A stretch of 20,098 nt of DNA from Tubiluchus corallicola (lineage: Eukaryota; Animalia; Priapulida). Of the stretch, positions 1 to 11,191 are shown piece after piece (within the stretch, counting starts at the first letter, position 1; the number at the start of each line of letters is the position of its first letter). The stretch spans positions 15,912 to 36,009 of the forward strand of contig JAQGDQ010001529.1 in assembly GCA_030141605.1 (NCBI GenBank). Reading direction: 5' to 3'. The notes beneath the pieces were generated by a model. It saw nothing but the letters and a program-made list of their open reading frames with translations, was not told the DNA's origin and made no database searches. Position numbers and translations under genes: made by a program.

Positions 1-94
1 ATAAGAGATACTAGCTCCAGCAGTTTGGACAGAAAGCACCGAAAAACACGTTCTTCGACAAAAACCTGAATCATGGGCAAATTTCTTCACCAAG

Positions 95-587
95 TGTCTG
101 TATCTGCATCTGCATCATGTCTGTGACTGTATCTATGTCTGTGACTGTGGCTGTGACTGTATCTATGTCTGTGACTGTGGCTGTGACTGTGTTTGTATCT
201 GTGTCTGTATCTATGTCTATGACTATGTCTGTGTCTGTCTGTGTCTATGTCTGTGACTGTGTCTATGACTGTATCTATGTCTGTGACTGTGGCTGTGTCT
301 GTATCTGTGTCTGTATCTATGTCTATGACTATGTCTGTGTCTGTCTGTGTCTATGTCTGTGACTGTGTCTATGACTGTATCTATGTCTGTGACTGTGGCT
401 GTGACTGTGTCTGTATCTGTGTCTGTATCTATGTCTGTGACTGTGTCTGTGTCTGTCTGTGTCTGTCTGTGTCTATGTCTGTGACTGTGTCTATGACTGT
501 ATCCATGTCTGTGACTGTACCTGTGTCTGTGTCTGTATCTGCATCTGTATCTGCATCTGTATCTGTATCTGTGTCTGTGACTGTGTG
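95..587. repeat. Degenerate hexanucleotide microsatellite (GTCTGT/GACTGT/ATCTAT variants)
   Basis: Continuous 6-bp periodicity; produces the spurious low-complexity ORFs at 117, 223 and 241. Confidence 0.95.
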
Positions 588-739
588 TTTTAGCATCCAT
601 GTCATTTGTTAAATTTAGTATCGCTTCTGTGAAGGCAGAAAAACATGCAACACGAGTCCAAGCAGATCAAGTAATAGTAGTCTGATTGTAATTTACTGCA
701 TTAACACCTACATTTGCAACATAAAAGCGAAGTATTTAC

Positions 740-3700
740 CAAACTATCGTTAATTAGGTCCACATGGTCGCGTCACGCTCCTCAGAGAAAATGGCGGACT
801 AGGACAACTAGTAAGTTTGACTCGCCAACATAATCACCAATTGTCTGCGTGTCACCTGAAAATTGTAACTAGATAAAATACAATTTGTAGCACTCGATTC
901 TAGTTTTTGCTATTTTTACTCATACTTATGTACGCTATTTAAGATTTGTTTTTGATATTTCACTAATGTACTCTATAGCAAAAAATCTTCATGTAAACCT
1001 CTAACTTTCCATGTAAACTTACTGTGTTACTGTAACAACACACCTGTATTACCTGTTCTAACATTAATCAATGGTATATGAATTGGTCCTGGTTTTCCAA
1101 TTTCTGACTGATCTTCTGGTTGTTTCACCTTAAACTTCCGGAAAGCTTTGTCAAACTGATCCTGAAATGGTTTGAGTAAAAATTTAAATGAGTTTCTAAA
1201 GATGAAATTCACTTTTTAAGGATGATACTAGCAAAGAATCTTTCTAAATGAATAAAAGTTGCTTTTTGAAAAAATATGTCAATACGTTACCAAAAACCTT
1301 GATCTTATACTTATTCGTACATTAATATTCTCTAACCGTCATTTTCTACTAACGTCTAATGTAATCTTGTAGTAAAACTTGTCAGCTTGTGTAGTTATAG
1401 TCTATTCTTACTGTAAATGTTACTAATGTCTAATGTAATCTTGTAGTAAAACTTGTCAGCTTGTGTAGTTATAGTCTATTCTTACTGTAAATGTTACTAA
1501 TGTCTAATGTAATCTTGTAGTAAAACTTGTCAGCTTGTGTAGTTATAGTCTATTCTTACTGTAAATGTTACTAATGTCTAATGTAATCTTGTAGTAAAAC
1601 TTGTCAGCTTGTGTAGTTATAGTCTATTCTTACTGTAAATGTTTTTGTAAATAGTCTATAAAGTCTGTTGTGGTGAGGATCCTAAATCATGTTGTTCAAA
1701 CTGTCTGATCCAATCCTGTAAAAAAATATGTTTAAACTAACCTTGATCTTAAAACGCGACATTGTGCAAAACATAACAAAACAGATATGGAGGAATTTAC
1801 ATTAAAGTTAGCAAATTAAAAATCAATAAATAATGATAGTTCTGGACTACTAAAGTACAGTAGACTTGCCCTAGTCCTGAATAAAGTTTTTTGTTGCATG
1901 GTTTATACCACGTGTTCTGCTCTTAGCATTCCCTATATGAAATTTGCCTAGCCGTCTAAAGCTGTTAATGATCGAAATGAGTTTTGAAATCTAGAAACGT
2001 TACGTTCTGTTACGTTCCAAAAACGAGCCAATTTAACACATCATTGGCATAGAGGCAGATTCCTAAACAGAAACCCTTATAGGGTCACGACTTTTTACAA
2101 CCGATTTTAGTAACCGGGGGGGGGGTAAAAATTACCCTCACCATAATTCTTAAATTACTTTTGATAAACCGCCGTGTTTCATTAGTAAACAGCAACAGCA
2201 TAATTTTTGATCATGCTGACCACCATAGGATACATGATACCTCTGCTTAAACACATGTGACTTACTAGTAATACGAAATTTAAATTCACTTAGTTACGTT
2301 CCCTTATCTATGCTGGAATTACTGTAGACAACCGACATTGCTAGCGGGTGTGCAAAAATCATTGTTATTTTGAATTTATTGTCTACTACTTTCTTCTTTT
2401 AGGTGGAGTAATTTGAGTAACTGACATTTTGTTTTATCAGATACATCGCCTGTACACAAGCGAAGTAAAGTTTCGACAATTTTAAAAAATCGACATATTG
2501 CATTTTCACTTTTATTTCGTGGTGAGACAATGCGCCTAAAATAAATAACTGAAAGTATTTTGTGCACAAAACATATTTAGAAAAAGTCATAGAAAAGGTT
2601 TACTGGGATGCGTATGGTAAAAGGGTAAAATGCAAAAAACCGGTCTGGGGGTAATTTTTTACCCCCTGGTGACCCATAAGGGTTAATGGGATTTCATCCA
2701 TTTTCTTGCTGAACTGTCTTTTAGCTATAGAAGTTAAATGGAAGAAAAGTAATGAGCCACTGGAACGATAACAGTCATCAAAATGTCTACTTACACAAAC
2801 TTTCAAATAACCTTCTACTGCACTTCGAACCTGCGGATATCTAAACAGAAACAACAATAACTTTGCTAAACAACTTTTATAAAAAAATAATTACTTCAAC
2901 TAATAAATAAATTTCAGAGTATTCTAAGTAAAACAAGTACATTTTAGCCAATATTATTGTCCAGCTTGAATCCAGGAATTTTCAAGTCAAATCGTTGATA
3001 AAAGAGTCCCGGATGTTAATTACCTGTAGTACTTTTTCCAGGTTCCTTCTAATTCATCGAAAGAAGAAATATGGAGCCTAAAATAGAAATTGTACAATAT
3101 AAAGATCTGCTACTGTCCAATGAAAAAAACATGCAAAATATTATGTGCAGTATAATTAAAATGTCTATTAATATTGGACTGAATTCGACTCAGGGGGTCG
3201 AACTCCAAGATGGCATGGCGGTCTTGATATTGCGCATCATGAAGATCCATTTTACTATCGTTGTGTAACTGATTACTTAACTACAAATGTCAATTTTAAT
3301 TACAAATGTTATGCTAATTAACTAAGTTAATGTCTGTAAACTAGTACCATATACCTGTTATAGCATGTCATTTAACTCTCATAAAATAAAATACACAAAA
3401 ATTACACTGTACGGAGTTTGTTATCAGCACTAATAAAAATAAGGAACCAAAATACACGTGCACAAAAATAACTAACTAAGGTAGTACCTGTGTCAGAAAT
3501 CAAGGCTGTAGTGACCTCTACACGCTTTTATACTTGCATTCCAGGTCAGCTGGCTTCTCACACCACGTGTAGGGCCAAACAAGACGTCTGGTCCTACAAG
3601 AAAGGGGTGAGTCGCTGCTGACGTGGAAGCAGGGCGTGTAGAGAACCCTACACCTGACCCGACAACAGGTGCATCCGTAACAATATTTACGGTGGGGAAA

Positions 3701-4539
3701 CTTGTTTCATACTTGCAAAATAACTTGGCAAATATTGTATACAGTTCATATCTAAAAGTTTCTCCGATAGAAAAACATCGATCATAAAAAGTCGTTCCTT
3801 CGTCTATGAAACTCTGTCCAAATACTGTAATAACAAACAAATAGATGTAGGTATTTTAATCATAAAACTGAGATACACAACAGCATTATATTCGTGCTTT
3901 GGAGCTCAGAGCTCTAAAAGAAATTTTATCAACGAAGAACTACATTCAAAAATATTTCAAAGTTAACTATCTATGTATCTGTTTACAGCTGTGATAATAA
4001 TTGTCCTGTTAAATTAGCAGAGCAAGATCAGGTCCTATTCTTCATAAATCAAGAACTACACACAAAACTGGTAAATACGACTATTTTTCTTGTAGGATGC
4101 CAGAAATCTGGAATAGATTGCCCTGTGACGTGAGAACAGCAACATCTGTAAATTTATTTACTATCAAAATTAGATAGACACTATGAACATCATCCATTGA
4201 AATTTAATCATCGTGCTAATTGGAACATGCCTATGACAAGGATGCTGGATTACATATTATAGTGAGAAAACCTGCCAGTGGAGCCACCTAGGTGTTGATG
4301 GCAATCTAATATATGTGCAAGTGGAGCCACCTAGGTGTTGATGACAATCTAATATATGTGCAAGTTGTATCTCGTATCCCACGGGATACAACGGGTATGA
4401 AAGGGTTAACTATAATCACAATTACCATGTACTTACGTTCTATATCACTCTGATGAGATTTAAGAAACTGACCGAATTCTTCCTTTACGTCCGTTAAAGC
4501 TGATACAAGTGGTGCAAAGTCAACTTCTTTTTCAGTCAT
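740..4539 (-). CDS. SELENOL: Selenoprotein L-like gene, copy A (5' part, coding exons 1-6; 3' exons not in window)
   Basis: Six GT-AG exons with matching phases: 4539-4437, 3824-3713, 3077-3024, 2840-2795, 1161-1053, 855-740 (540 nt, 180 codons). Translation: MTEKEVDFAPLVSALTDVKEEFGQFLKSHQSDIELFGQSFIDEGTTFYDRCFSIGETFRYELYTIFAKLFCKLHISSFDELEGTWKKYYRYPQVRSAVEGYLKVCDQFDKAFRKFKVKQPEDQSEIGKPGPIHIPLINVRTGDTQTIGDYVGESNLLVVLVRHFL-U-GA-U-RDHVDLINDSL. The only in-frame stops are two TGAs (784-782, 775-773) in an RHFxUxxUR thioredoxin-fold (AhpC/TSA-like) active site, the hallmark of SelL. Confidence 0.88.
1347..1643. repeat. 74-bp tandem repeat x4 (intron 4 of SelL copy A)
   Basis: gtaatcttgtagtaaaacttgtcagc recurs at 1361, 1435, 1509 and 1583; the units are nearly identical. 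Confidence 0.95.
2074..2682. mobile_element. piggyBac-like non-autonomous element (MITE)
   Basis: TIRs cccttat(a)gggtcac and gtgacccataaggg. TTAA follows the right end, but the left flank is gaaa (degenerate). Subterminal gggggtaa...ttaccc palindromes at both ends. Confidence 0.6.
3168..3688. repeat. Unclassified interspersed repeat, copy 1 (intron 2 of SelL copy A)
   Basis: Highly similar, same orientation, to 7616-8159. Hairpin ttcgac...gtcgaa near the left end; internal inverted repeat (g)cacctgtgtc/gacacaggtgc. Confidence 0.8.
4278..4363. repeat. 43-bp direct duplication
   Basis: gtggagccacctaggtgttgatg(g/a)caatctaatatatgtgcaa occurs twice in tandem. Confidence 0.9.
4371..4409. mobile_element. 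piggyBac-like terminus (same family as 6871)
   Basis: cgtatcccacgggatacaacgggtatgaaaggg-TTAA is the reverse complement of TTAA-ccctttcatacccgttgtatcccgtgggatacg at 6867. Confidence 0.6.
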
Positions 4540-4949
4540 CTTTACTAATTTCCAAAGCGTGGCAGCGAGCTCATGCGTCAACAAGTGCTGTATTTTACCT
4601 ACAGTGGCACTTGAGGCTTCCCAAAAATTACCCGCAGACTACTCACAGCACAAGCTAGTGAAGCTACTGCAATAATAGAACATTTTTTGAAGTTTATCAA
4701 CTACCGAATCCACTTTTATAATATAAAAATATTTCCATGAGTTACTGGGAAAATGCCAAAAGATTTAATACCTGATAATAATATTCCTTGCACAACGCTC
4801 TAAAACTAGCTAAAGGCTATCATGTGAATGAGGCTTTACAAAAATGTTTGGTACCATACAATTCTACTCGTCGTGATTTTTTTGTTTTGAAGCAGCGACA
4901 TCTTGGCAAACGTGAACTCGACTATTACTATTGATCCCACCTCGATTTC

Positions 4950-5235
4950 TAGGCCTACTCTCGAGCAAAGGCCTGAGACTGTAGACCTTGTGAACTGGTT
5001 CAAAATAATTTTTGGAAATACTGTTCTGGCAGAGACAGACTTCGTTTCCATGCCTCACAGAGTTCTTCCTGGTCATGAGTCTAAGTTATTTGTGCAACCA
5101 GCTAGAGCCAACATCAGATAAAAACAATCAGAACAACATCACGTAGTTCAATCATGGAATCAATATTCATCATCAAACATCAATGCTTCATCAGTTAACA
5201 ATTTCAAAGCGTTTGAGAGAGACATTTCTTTGGAT
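4950..5235 (+). mobile_element. CR1-type LINE ORF2 3' fragment (decayed)
   Basis: TLEQR...DLVNWFKIIFG...PGHESKLF...VVQSWNQ...ASSVNNFK matches the CR1 ORF2 C-terminal pattern (LExRR..DL..FKI..G; RGH..KL; VV..WN.L; A.SV..FK). Confidence 0.7.
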
Positions 5236-5269
5236 AAGGTATTCTTGGATAAAGTATGACTGCAGCAGC

Positions 5270-5621
5270 CATTAGCCCATTAGTGCATTGCGTAAGAAAC
5301 TATCTTGCACGTACATCAGAATAAAAAATAAACCTTATATTAAAATATAAACGTGCACAGCAGGTATAAATCATGGTTTATGCAATGTAATTGCTCGATT
5401 AAAGTGCGCCATTGATTGACCATTGGATAGCATTAGCAGCTGATGGGCAGTAGAAATGACTACTGTCCTGTGTGCATGTCTCGACTCTTTAACGGAAGTC
5501 ATCCTTTGCCAAATCATTGTGTGATCACCTCATAGATCAATAATAGATGTCGACTCTGCAAGCCTTCTGTGTTTCCGAATTAACATGAATTATTCAATTT
5601 AAATGGATGCCTAAAAAACCT
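5270..5621. repeat. Unclassified interspersed repeat, related to 14439-14719
   Basis: Shared blocks in the same order: cattagtgcat, agaaactatcttgcac, acagcaggtataaatcatgg, tggatagcattagcag, tttaacggaagtc, ggatgcctaa. Confidence 0.75.
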
Positions 5622-6394
5622 GGAAGCGGATTCACTAAACTTGTTATTACGAAATATTTGTGAATTTCACCGTAAGCGTAAGATCGTTCGTTAGAACATT
5701 CTTATGCATACGGTGGAATTCATAAAGATTTCGTAAGTTAAGAATGTTCTTAACTTCTTTGCAACTTTAAAAAACATATCGTGATTGCGCACATAAATGG
5801 CGTACCTTGCTTTTCGAAGTTGAAGATTCGGGAAAAGTCATTATACTCGATCGCTCCACTTTATAGGAACTATCCATGGCACATTGAACTGAAGGTTTAG
5901 ACAAACTACGGCATGTATTCACAATACGTTACGGACATGACTCGTGTTTTATTGTTTAAATCCCGTCTTAAATAAATTATCACTTACTTATTTCATGGTA
6001 CGCTTATAATTTATTACGTAATGATCACGTCTCATGTCCATGATTCCTCTAATTTTAATGCAAGATCGTAACCACATCACTCACCCAATAATTTTTTCTT
6101 AACTTGCTCGTTGCGCCCACTAAACTTTTCCAGTAACAAGGGAAAAGGCAACAATCCCATTGTTTTTTCAAGACACGGTAATGCTGTACATGTACAGTAT
6201 AAAAATTACTGTATGTACGTAGTCACAATCAAACTTGTTGTGCAGCACGCGTGTATTGTGTGCTGTAATAGCTGTATAATTGTTGATTTCAGTTACTGTA
6301 GCAATAATGGTGTGTGCTTTTCGTCGTTTTTGTCGTTACTTTCGTAATTATAGCAAATTAAAAAACCTAATAAAAATATTTCTTTGTCTATTCT

Positions 6395-6866
6395 GTGTAT
6401 TTGATGTCCACTTTGGAACAACTCCGATGTACTGCTGACTTTGTCAATTGTCATCAGGGCCTATTTCAGCCTAAGCGAGGCCCGGGGAAGCGAAGCGCCG
6501 AGGGGGCAAAGCGCCGGGGGGCGGGCGCCACCCAGAAAATTTTTGAACTGCTAGAATGCCGGAGAAGCATTTTCGAAGAGAAAATATGAAGTTATACAGT
6601 TGTTAAAGGAAAGAAAAACTGCTACCTAGGCGCGGGGCCCCCCTGGAGGGTGAGGCCCCGGGGAAGTATCCCCCCCCCGAAATAGGCCCCGATTGTCATT
6701 ATGAAAGGACTTTCAGTTTTACAAGAACAAGATTTCTTCTCAAGACCAGACAGACAATTACGAGGCCATAATTTTAAACTCTTTATCGAATATAGACGAA
6801 CCAACGTCCCTTTTTCATTTTTTTGCCTCTCGTGTGACTCATCCATGGAATTCACTCTCAGCCAAT
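6395..6866 (+). mobile_element. CR1-type LINE 3' fragment interrupted by a hAT MITE
   Basis: TLEQLRCTADFVNCH, then the MITE, then MKGL...RQLRGHNFKLF...RVTHPWNSL with frameshifts. 6742-6870 is homologous to 13689-13816. Confidence 0.7.
6455..6691. mobile_element. hAT-superfamily MITE, copy 1
   Basis: TIRs CAGGGCCTATTTC / GAAATAGGCCCCG and a perfect 8-bp TSD attgtcat (6447-6454, 6692-6699). Confidence 0.9.
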
Positions 6867-6870
6867 TTAA

Positions 6871-7280
6871 CCCTTTCATACCCGTTGTATCCCGTGGGAT
6901 ACGGGAATATTTTCTGCCTATAAAATTAATAAAATTTTAAAACTGACAGCTATTTGATCTGTTAATAGTTATTTTGATTTAAGTCAATAACAATAGACTA
7001 AAAATGGTGATAAAATGGCAAACTAAAAAATCTACATAGCATAAAAACTGCGCAAGGTACAGTACTTTAGAGAAGACTTAGTACAGATCAGCATAGCATG
7101 CATACTAAATGTCTTAAATACTTTAAAAAATTATCAGCAGTTGCAAAATGAAGCACATTTTATGCTTCCATTGAATCCCAATGTATCCCGTGGGATACAG
7201 GCTATATTTAGCATGCGGGCACAGGTAGCAAAAACAATTATTATGTGTAAACAAGATGGACATACTGAACAAAAGTACCA
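6871..7280. mobile_element. piggyBac-like element fragment inserted at TTAA; right boundary uncertain
   Basis: TTAA-CCCTTT terminus. The homologous LINE copy near 13801-13820 continues uninterrupted through the same TTAA (empty site). Palindrome gtatcccgtgggatac repeats at ~6887 and ~7183. Confidence 0.6.
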
Positions 7281-7620
7281 AACTTTGCAACTTCCTCCAA
7301 AATGTCTTCCATATTTGGTCTTACGGTGGCAGCTGGTGCTTTATATAACCATCTTAACTTTCCTTGTTTATCCAGCAAGAAATCTCCAGCTTAAAGCTGA
7401 TACAAGTGGCGCAAAGTCAACTTTTTGTTCAGTCATCTTTACTAATTCCCAAAGCGTGGCGGCGAGCTCATGCGTCAACAAGTGCTGTATTTTACCTACA
7501 GTGGCTTTTGAGGCTTCTCAAAAATTAACTGCAGACTACTCACATCACAAGCTAATGAAGCTACTGCAATAATAGAACTTTTTTAAAATTTTATCAACTA
7601 CCGAATCCACTTTTATAATA
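7281..7620 (-). pseudogene. Collapsed third SelL copy: upstream region and start of exon 1 fused to the last exon
   Basis: 7391-7620 matches 4494-4722 (exon 1 start and upstream sequence of copy A). 7281-7392 matches 16530-16641 (exon 9 of copy B) with 2 differences, both synonymous. The junction shares 2 nt (tt, 7391-7392). The fusion is out of frame: MTEQKVDFAPLVSALSWRFLAG* (7436-7368). No UxxU exon and no SECIS seen. Confidence 0.9.
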
Positions 7621-8159
7621 TTGGACTGAATTCGACTCAGGGGGTCGAACTGCAAGATGGCACGGCGGTCTTGATATTGCGCATCATGAAGATCCGTTTT
7701 ACTATCGTTGCGGAACTGATTACTTAACTATAAATGTTAATTTTAATTACAAATGTTATGTTAATTAACTAAATCAATGTCTGTAAACTAGTACCATATA
7801 CCTGTTATAGCATGTCATTTAACTCTCATAAAATAAAATACACAAAAACTACACTGTACGGAGTTTATTAACAGCACTAATAAAAATAAGTAACAAAAAT
7901 ACACGTGCACAAAAAAATAACTAATTAACTCAATAACAACAGTACACCCGAGGAGCACCTGTGTCAGAAATCAAGGCTGTAGTGACCTCTACACGCTTTT
8001 ATACTGGTATTCCAGGTCAGCTGGCTTCTCACACCACGTGTAGGCCCAAACAAGACGTCTGCACCTACAAGAAAAGAATGAGTCGCTGCTGACGTAGAAG
8101 CAGGGCGTGTAGAGGGCCCTACATCTGAACCGACACAGGTGCCCCCGTAACAGTATTTT
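7616..8159. repeat. Unclassified interspersed repeat, copy 2
   Basis: Aligns by eye along its length with 3168-3688 and abuts the upstream segment of the collapsed SelL copy. Confidence 0.8.
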
Positions 8160-9286
8160 ACCCCTGATATATTTTAATGACATTTATTATAGATTGAAGT
8201 AAACTTGTTGCAAATTCTTTTAAAAAACTAGAATAGCTATCTTTTTTGTCAAATGAAAATTTTATTTAAGAAATGGCACTATTTCATTATTTATTGCAAA
8301 GCAAATTAATACATACGTATTTCAACACAACTGTGGTGAAGAAACAGATGCTTTTACAAAATGTTACCAAAACTTGACCCGACCCGCCAAGCTTGAGGGC
8401 CCTAGGCTGTAACCTATACTAGCCAATGGGTAAATCCTGTCCCGCTGATGATACATATCTGTGTTTCTACTAGTTCTGAATTTCAACAATTATTAGTGTA
8501 GGGAATTTCGCTAAGTATCTCGTTGGTCACGTGACCACGATCACTCACCTGTGCAGATCTGTTTCTACGTGGGCAAGCGAGTAAGTTGGTAGACGTTAAC
8601 AGGCTTCTTTAAAAGTAGTTTTTCACAGTATGATAGTGATAATTTGTCAGATATGTTGGTAAATACTAGATTTGCTTTATGGAGACATACGATGTAAGTA
8701 AATATATCATTTTGTATCATTTTGATTGAACTGATCACTTTGAACATTTAGTTTATTTAATGACAATCTTATAATTCGATAGAACGTGTTACATAGTATA
8801 AATTAGTAAAATTACCAAATTAGGTTTACTTAATGTTTGTGTTTAGTAAAGTCTAGTACTACAGAATTTAATGCAAATTTGTAAAATAGCATTTTTTATT
8901 TTTTTTCAATAGAAATGATGTATACAATATTTTGTTGGAATAAGGCGGACATTGATTGTAGTACAAACATGTTATTGAGGTAGATTAACATAATTAATGT
9001 TAGGTCAACACTTATTCCCACTTGCAAGGCAACTGAAGCTAGCTACCCAGGTACATGTCCATCCACTTTGCTTGTACAACACCTGTTGTCAGCACATTAT
9101 GCAGCATGGCTAAATCAATTAAGAGAACAAAAGCTGGTTGCTCCTTGCTTGGTGATTAACAATAGTCTAACTAAATGCCAGCAGTACAGTTTGTAGATGC
9201 ATATACTATCAGAAGTTTCAGAACAATATAGCTGTTAGCTGAGTTTAAAGGTTTTAAAAGTTACTAAATTATAGATCTAAAAACTG

Positions 9287-10322
9287 ATGGAGCTACCTAA
9301 ACATTGGTTTAAAGTGTTGACACAGCGTGTTTTACAATTTCTGGGATACGGATGCTGGTTCTCGTGTTGCTGCTTTTTATCTGGATGTCTTGGCATGGAA
9401 ACAACAAATTTGGTAGAGATCAAGTGCACATTAGCAAGCAGAGAATACGTTACATCAATGAAACTGAAAAAATAAGATTGCAAGCGGAACATGCGTTTGT
9501 ACTAGGAAGAAGTCTTCAAGGAGCTGGACTAGGAAATAAAATGTTCTACTATGCCTCTATGTATGGTATTGCCCGTATGAATAACATGAAACAAAGTGTT
9601 ATGCAAGATGATGAAATAGTGTCTGTATTTCCTAAACTCAACGCTACGCAGCTCACTGATACAGACTTTAAACAGGGTACATTCTTAAGGTGACAGCTAG
9701 AAGCTGTTGTTCGTATGACCCCATCATGGAACAGTTGCCACGCCGTTGTAATACATCCATTGGAGAGCAAATACTCATCTCCTATCGTTATTTCCATCAT
9801 GTTAAAGAAGAAATTCAGGCTCAATTTCAATTCCCAGTTCAAACAATTTTGCGTGCTCGAACTCTTGTTGCAAATCTGTGCAGAATTAAAGAAATTCCTA
9901 ATTGTCACATAATTCCAACAGTGGGAGTACACGTACGAAGGGGAGACTTCAAATCTCCCAGGTCACGTGAATATGGACGGCGTACATCAAGTGTTGATTA
10001 TATTAAGCGTGCAATGAGCTTTTTCAAAAGCAGGTATCAAAATGTCGTATTCATAGTGGCTAGTAGCGAACCAAGGTGGTGTGTGGAGAACCTTAATTTC
10101 CCAGATACAGTCATTGTTGAAGGCAATGAACCAAAGATTGACTTGTGCATTTTATCTCACTGTGATCATGTGATAATGACTGTTGGAACATTTGGTTGGT
10201 GGGCTGGTTATCTTTGCAATGGAACCGTTGTTTATGACAGGGATTCAGCGGAACCTGGATCCCTTTTTGACTCTTTGCTGCGGGTTGACGATCGTTACCC
10301 TGAAGAATGGATTCCAATGTAG
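9287..10322 (+). pseudogene. Galactoside alpha-1,2-fucosyltransferase (glycosyltransferase family 11), intronless CDS broken by frameshift(s); pseudogene or assembly indel
   Basis: ORF 9352-9693 has a hydrophobic type II anchor (MLVLVLLLFIW) and GLGNKMFYYASMYGIA. ORF 9690-10322 has VGVHVRRGDF, DLCILSHCDHVIMTVGTFGWWAGYL and YPEEWI, all GT11 motifs. A -1 shift is needed in 9672-9690. A second -1 shift in 9311-9351 would be needed if ATG 9287 is the start. Possible splice acceptor AG at 9273-9274. Confidence 0.88.
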
Positions 10323-10416
10323 AATTGTACATGCCAAGGCAAATGGACTAATGTAGCAAAAACACATGTATGTACACTAGTTATATTCAGCTCAACACTT
10401 GTGAGATTTTCTTTAC

Positions 10417-10598
10417 TGTCGTCAAAAATACCTACAATAACAGTGTCAGGTCAATACTGCTGTCAAAAATACCTACAATAACAGTGTCAGGTCGATACCA
10501 CTGTCAAAAATACCTACAATGACAGTGTCAGGTCAATGTCCTCGTCAAAAATACCTACAAGAACAGTGCAGGTAAATACCGTTGTCGAAAATACCTTC
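10417..10598. repeat. 41-bp tandem repeat, ~4.5 units, downstream of the fucosyltransferase
   Basis: gtcaaaaatacctacaa recurs at 10421, 10462, 10503 and 10544, with a degenerate unit at 10584. Confidence 0.9.
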
Positions 10599-10829
10599 AA
10601 ATCTATATACATCTTGCTGGAAACTTTAGTCATGTTCAGTATGTCAGTTGTAGAATTTTTTCAAAAGATAGTACTAGTATTAATAGTGTTGAAAAAAACA
10701 TGCTTATGGAGCTACATTGAGACTTTATCCAATGTCAGTACTTTTAAAGCATAAAAGGAGAAAGCCATTTAAGTACATCTAGAAAACACTTGGGCTTCAA
10801 CAAAACGATATATTAATCTTTCGGCGACC

Positions 10830-11191
10830 GTAGACTAACTGCTCCGCAAACACGAAAGCGGGCTGACTTTTCTCAACTAAACTTTGATCTGAGTCAGAAA
10901 GGATGTAAAAACTATGATGGAACCCCTGTTTTACCTACTTATAGATATGGTGCCCCTTTTGAAACTATTAATCATTTTCTAATTAACTGCCCGTTGCATC
11001 ACCAGGCTCGAGATATATTACAAAGCAAGCTCTGTACATTGTTAATTCCTTATAATATTGGCATTTATAATTTGTCAACAAATGAACTCGTTTATCTGCT
11101 TCTTCATGGTAAGCCACACTTAAGTATAACTGTTAATATTCAAGTATTTAAGCTTGAACAGAAATTTATATTTCTAACTAAACGCTTCTAA
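10830..11191 (+). mobile_element. Non-LTR retrotransposon ORF2 C-terminus (L2/Daphne-like), decayed
   Basis: SQLNFDL...ETINHFLINCPLHHQARDIL...LLLHG...NIQVF...FIFLTKRF* resembles the ETxxHFLxxCP zinc-finger remnant and TxRF* end typical of these LINEs. Confidence 0.7.

Noticed and set aside
117-612. ORFs of 81-125 aa (SV-rich, HR/TD-rich)
   Set aside because: Translations of the hexamer microsatellite; no coding evidence.
773-784. TGA codons as pseudogene nonsense mutations
   Set aside because: Both are conserved in two diverged paralogues at the CxxC-equivalent positions, and SECIS elements are present downstream of copy B, so Sec is the better reading.
4371-6910. The two matching piggyBac-like termini as one composite transposon carrying the SelL promoter
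   Set aside because: The ends face outwards (TTAA on the inner side), so they belong to two separate elements.
7141-7572. 143-aa plus-strand ORF
   Set aside because: Antisense shadow across the collapsed SelL copy and transposon sequence; no recognisable domain.
9667-9673. TTTAAAC as a programmed -1 frameshift site in the fucosyltransferase
   Set aside because: It is in the wrong phase (read TTT AAA, not T TTA AAC), and the -1 frame has TAA at 9669-9671. An indel is the simpler explanation.
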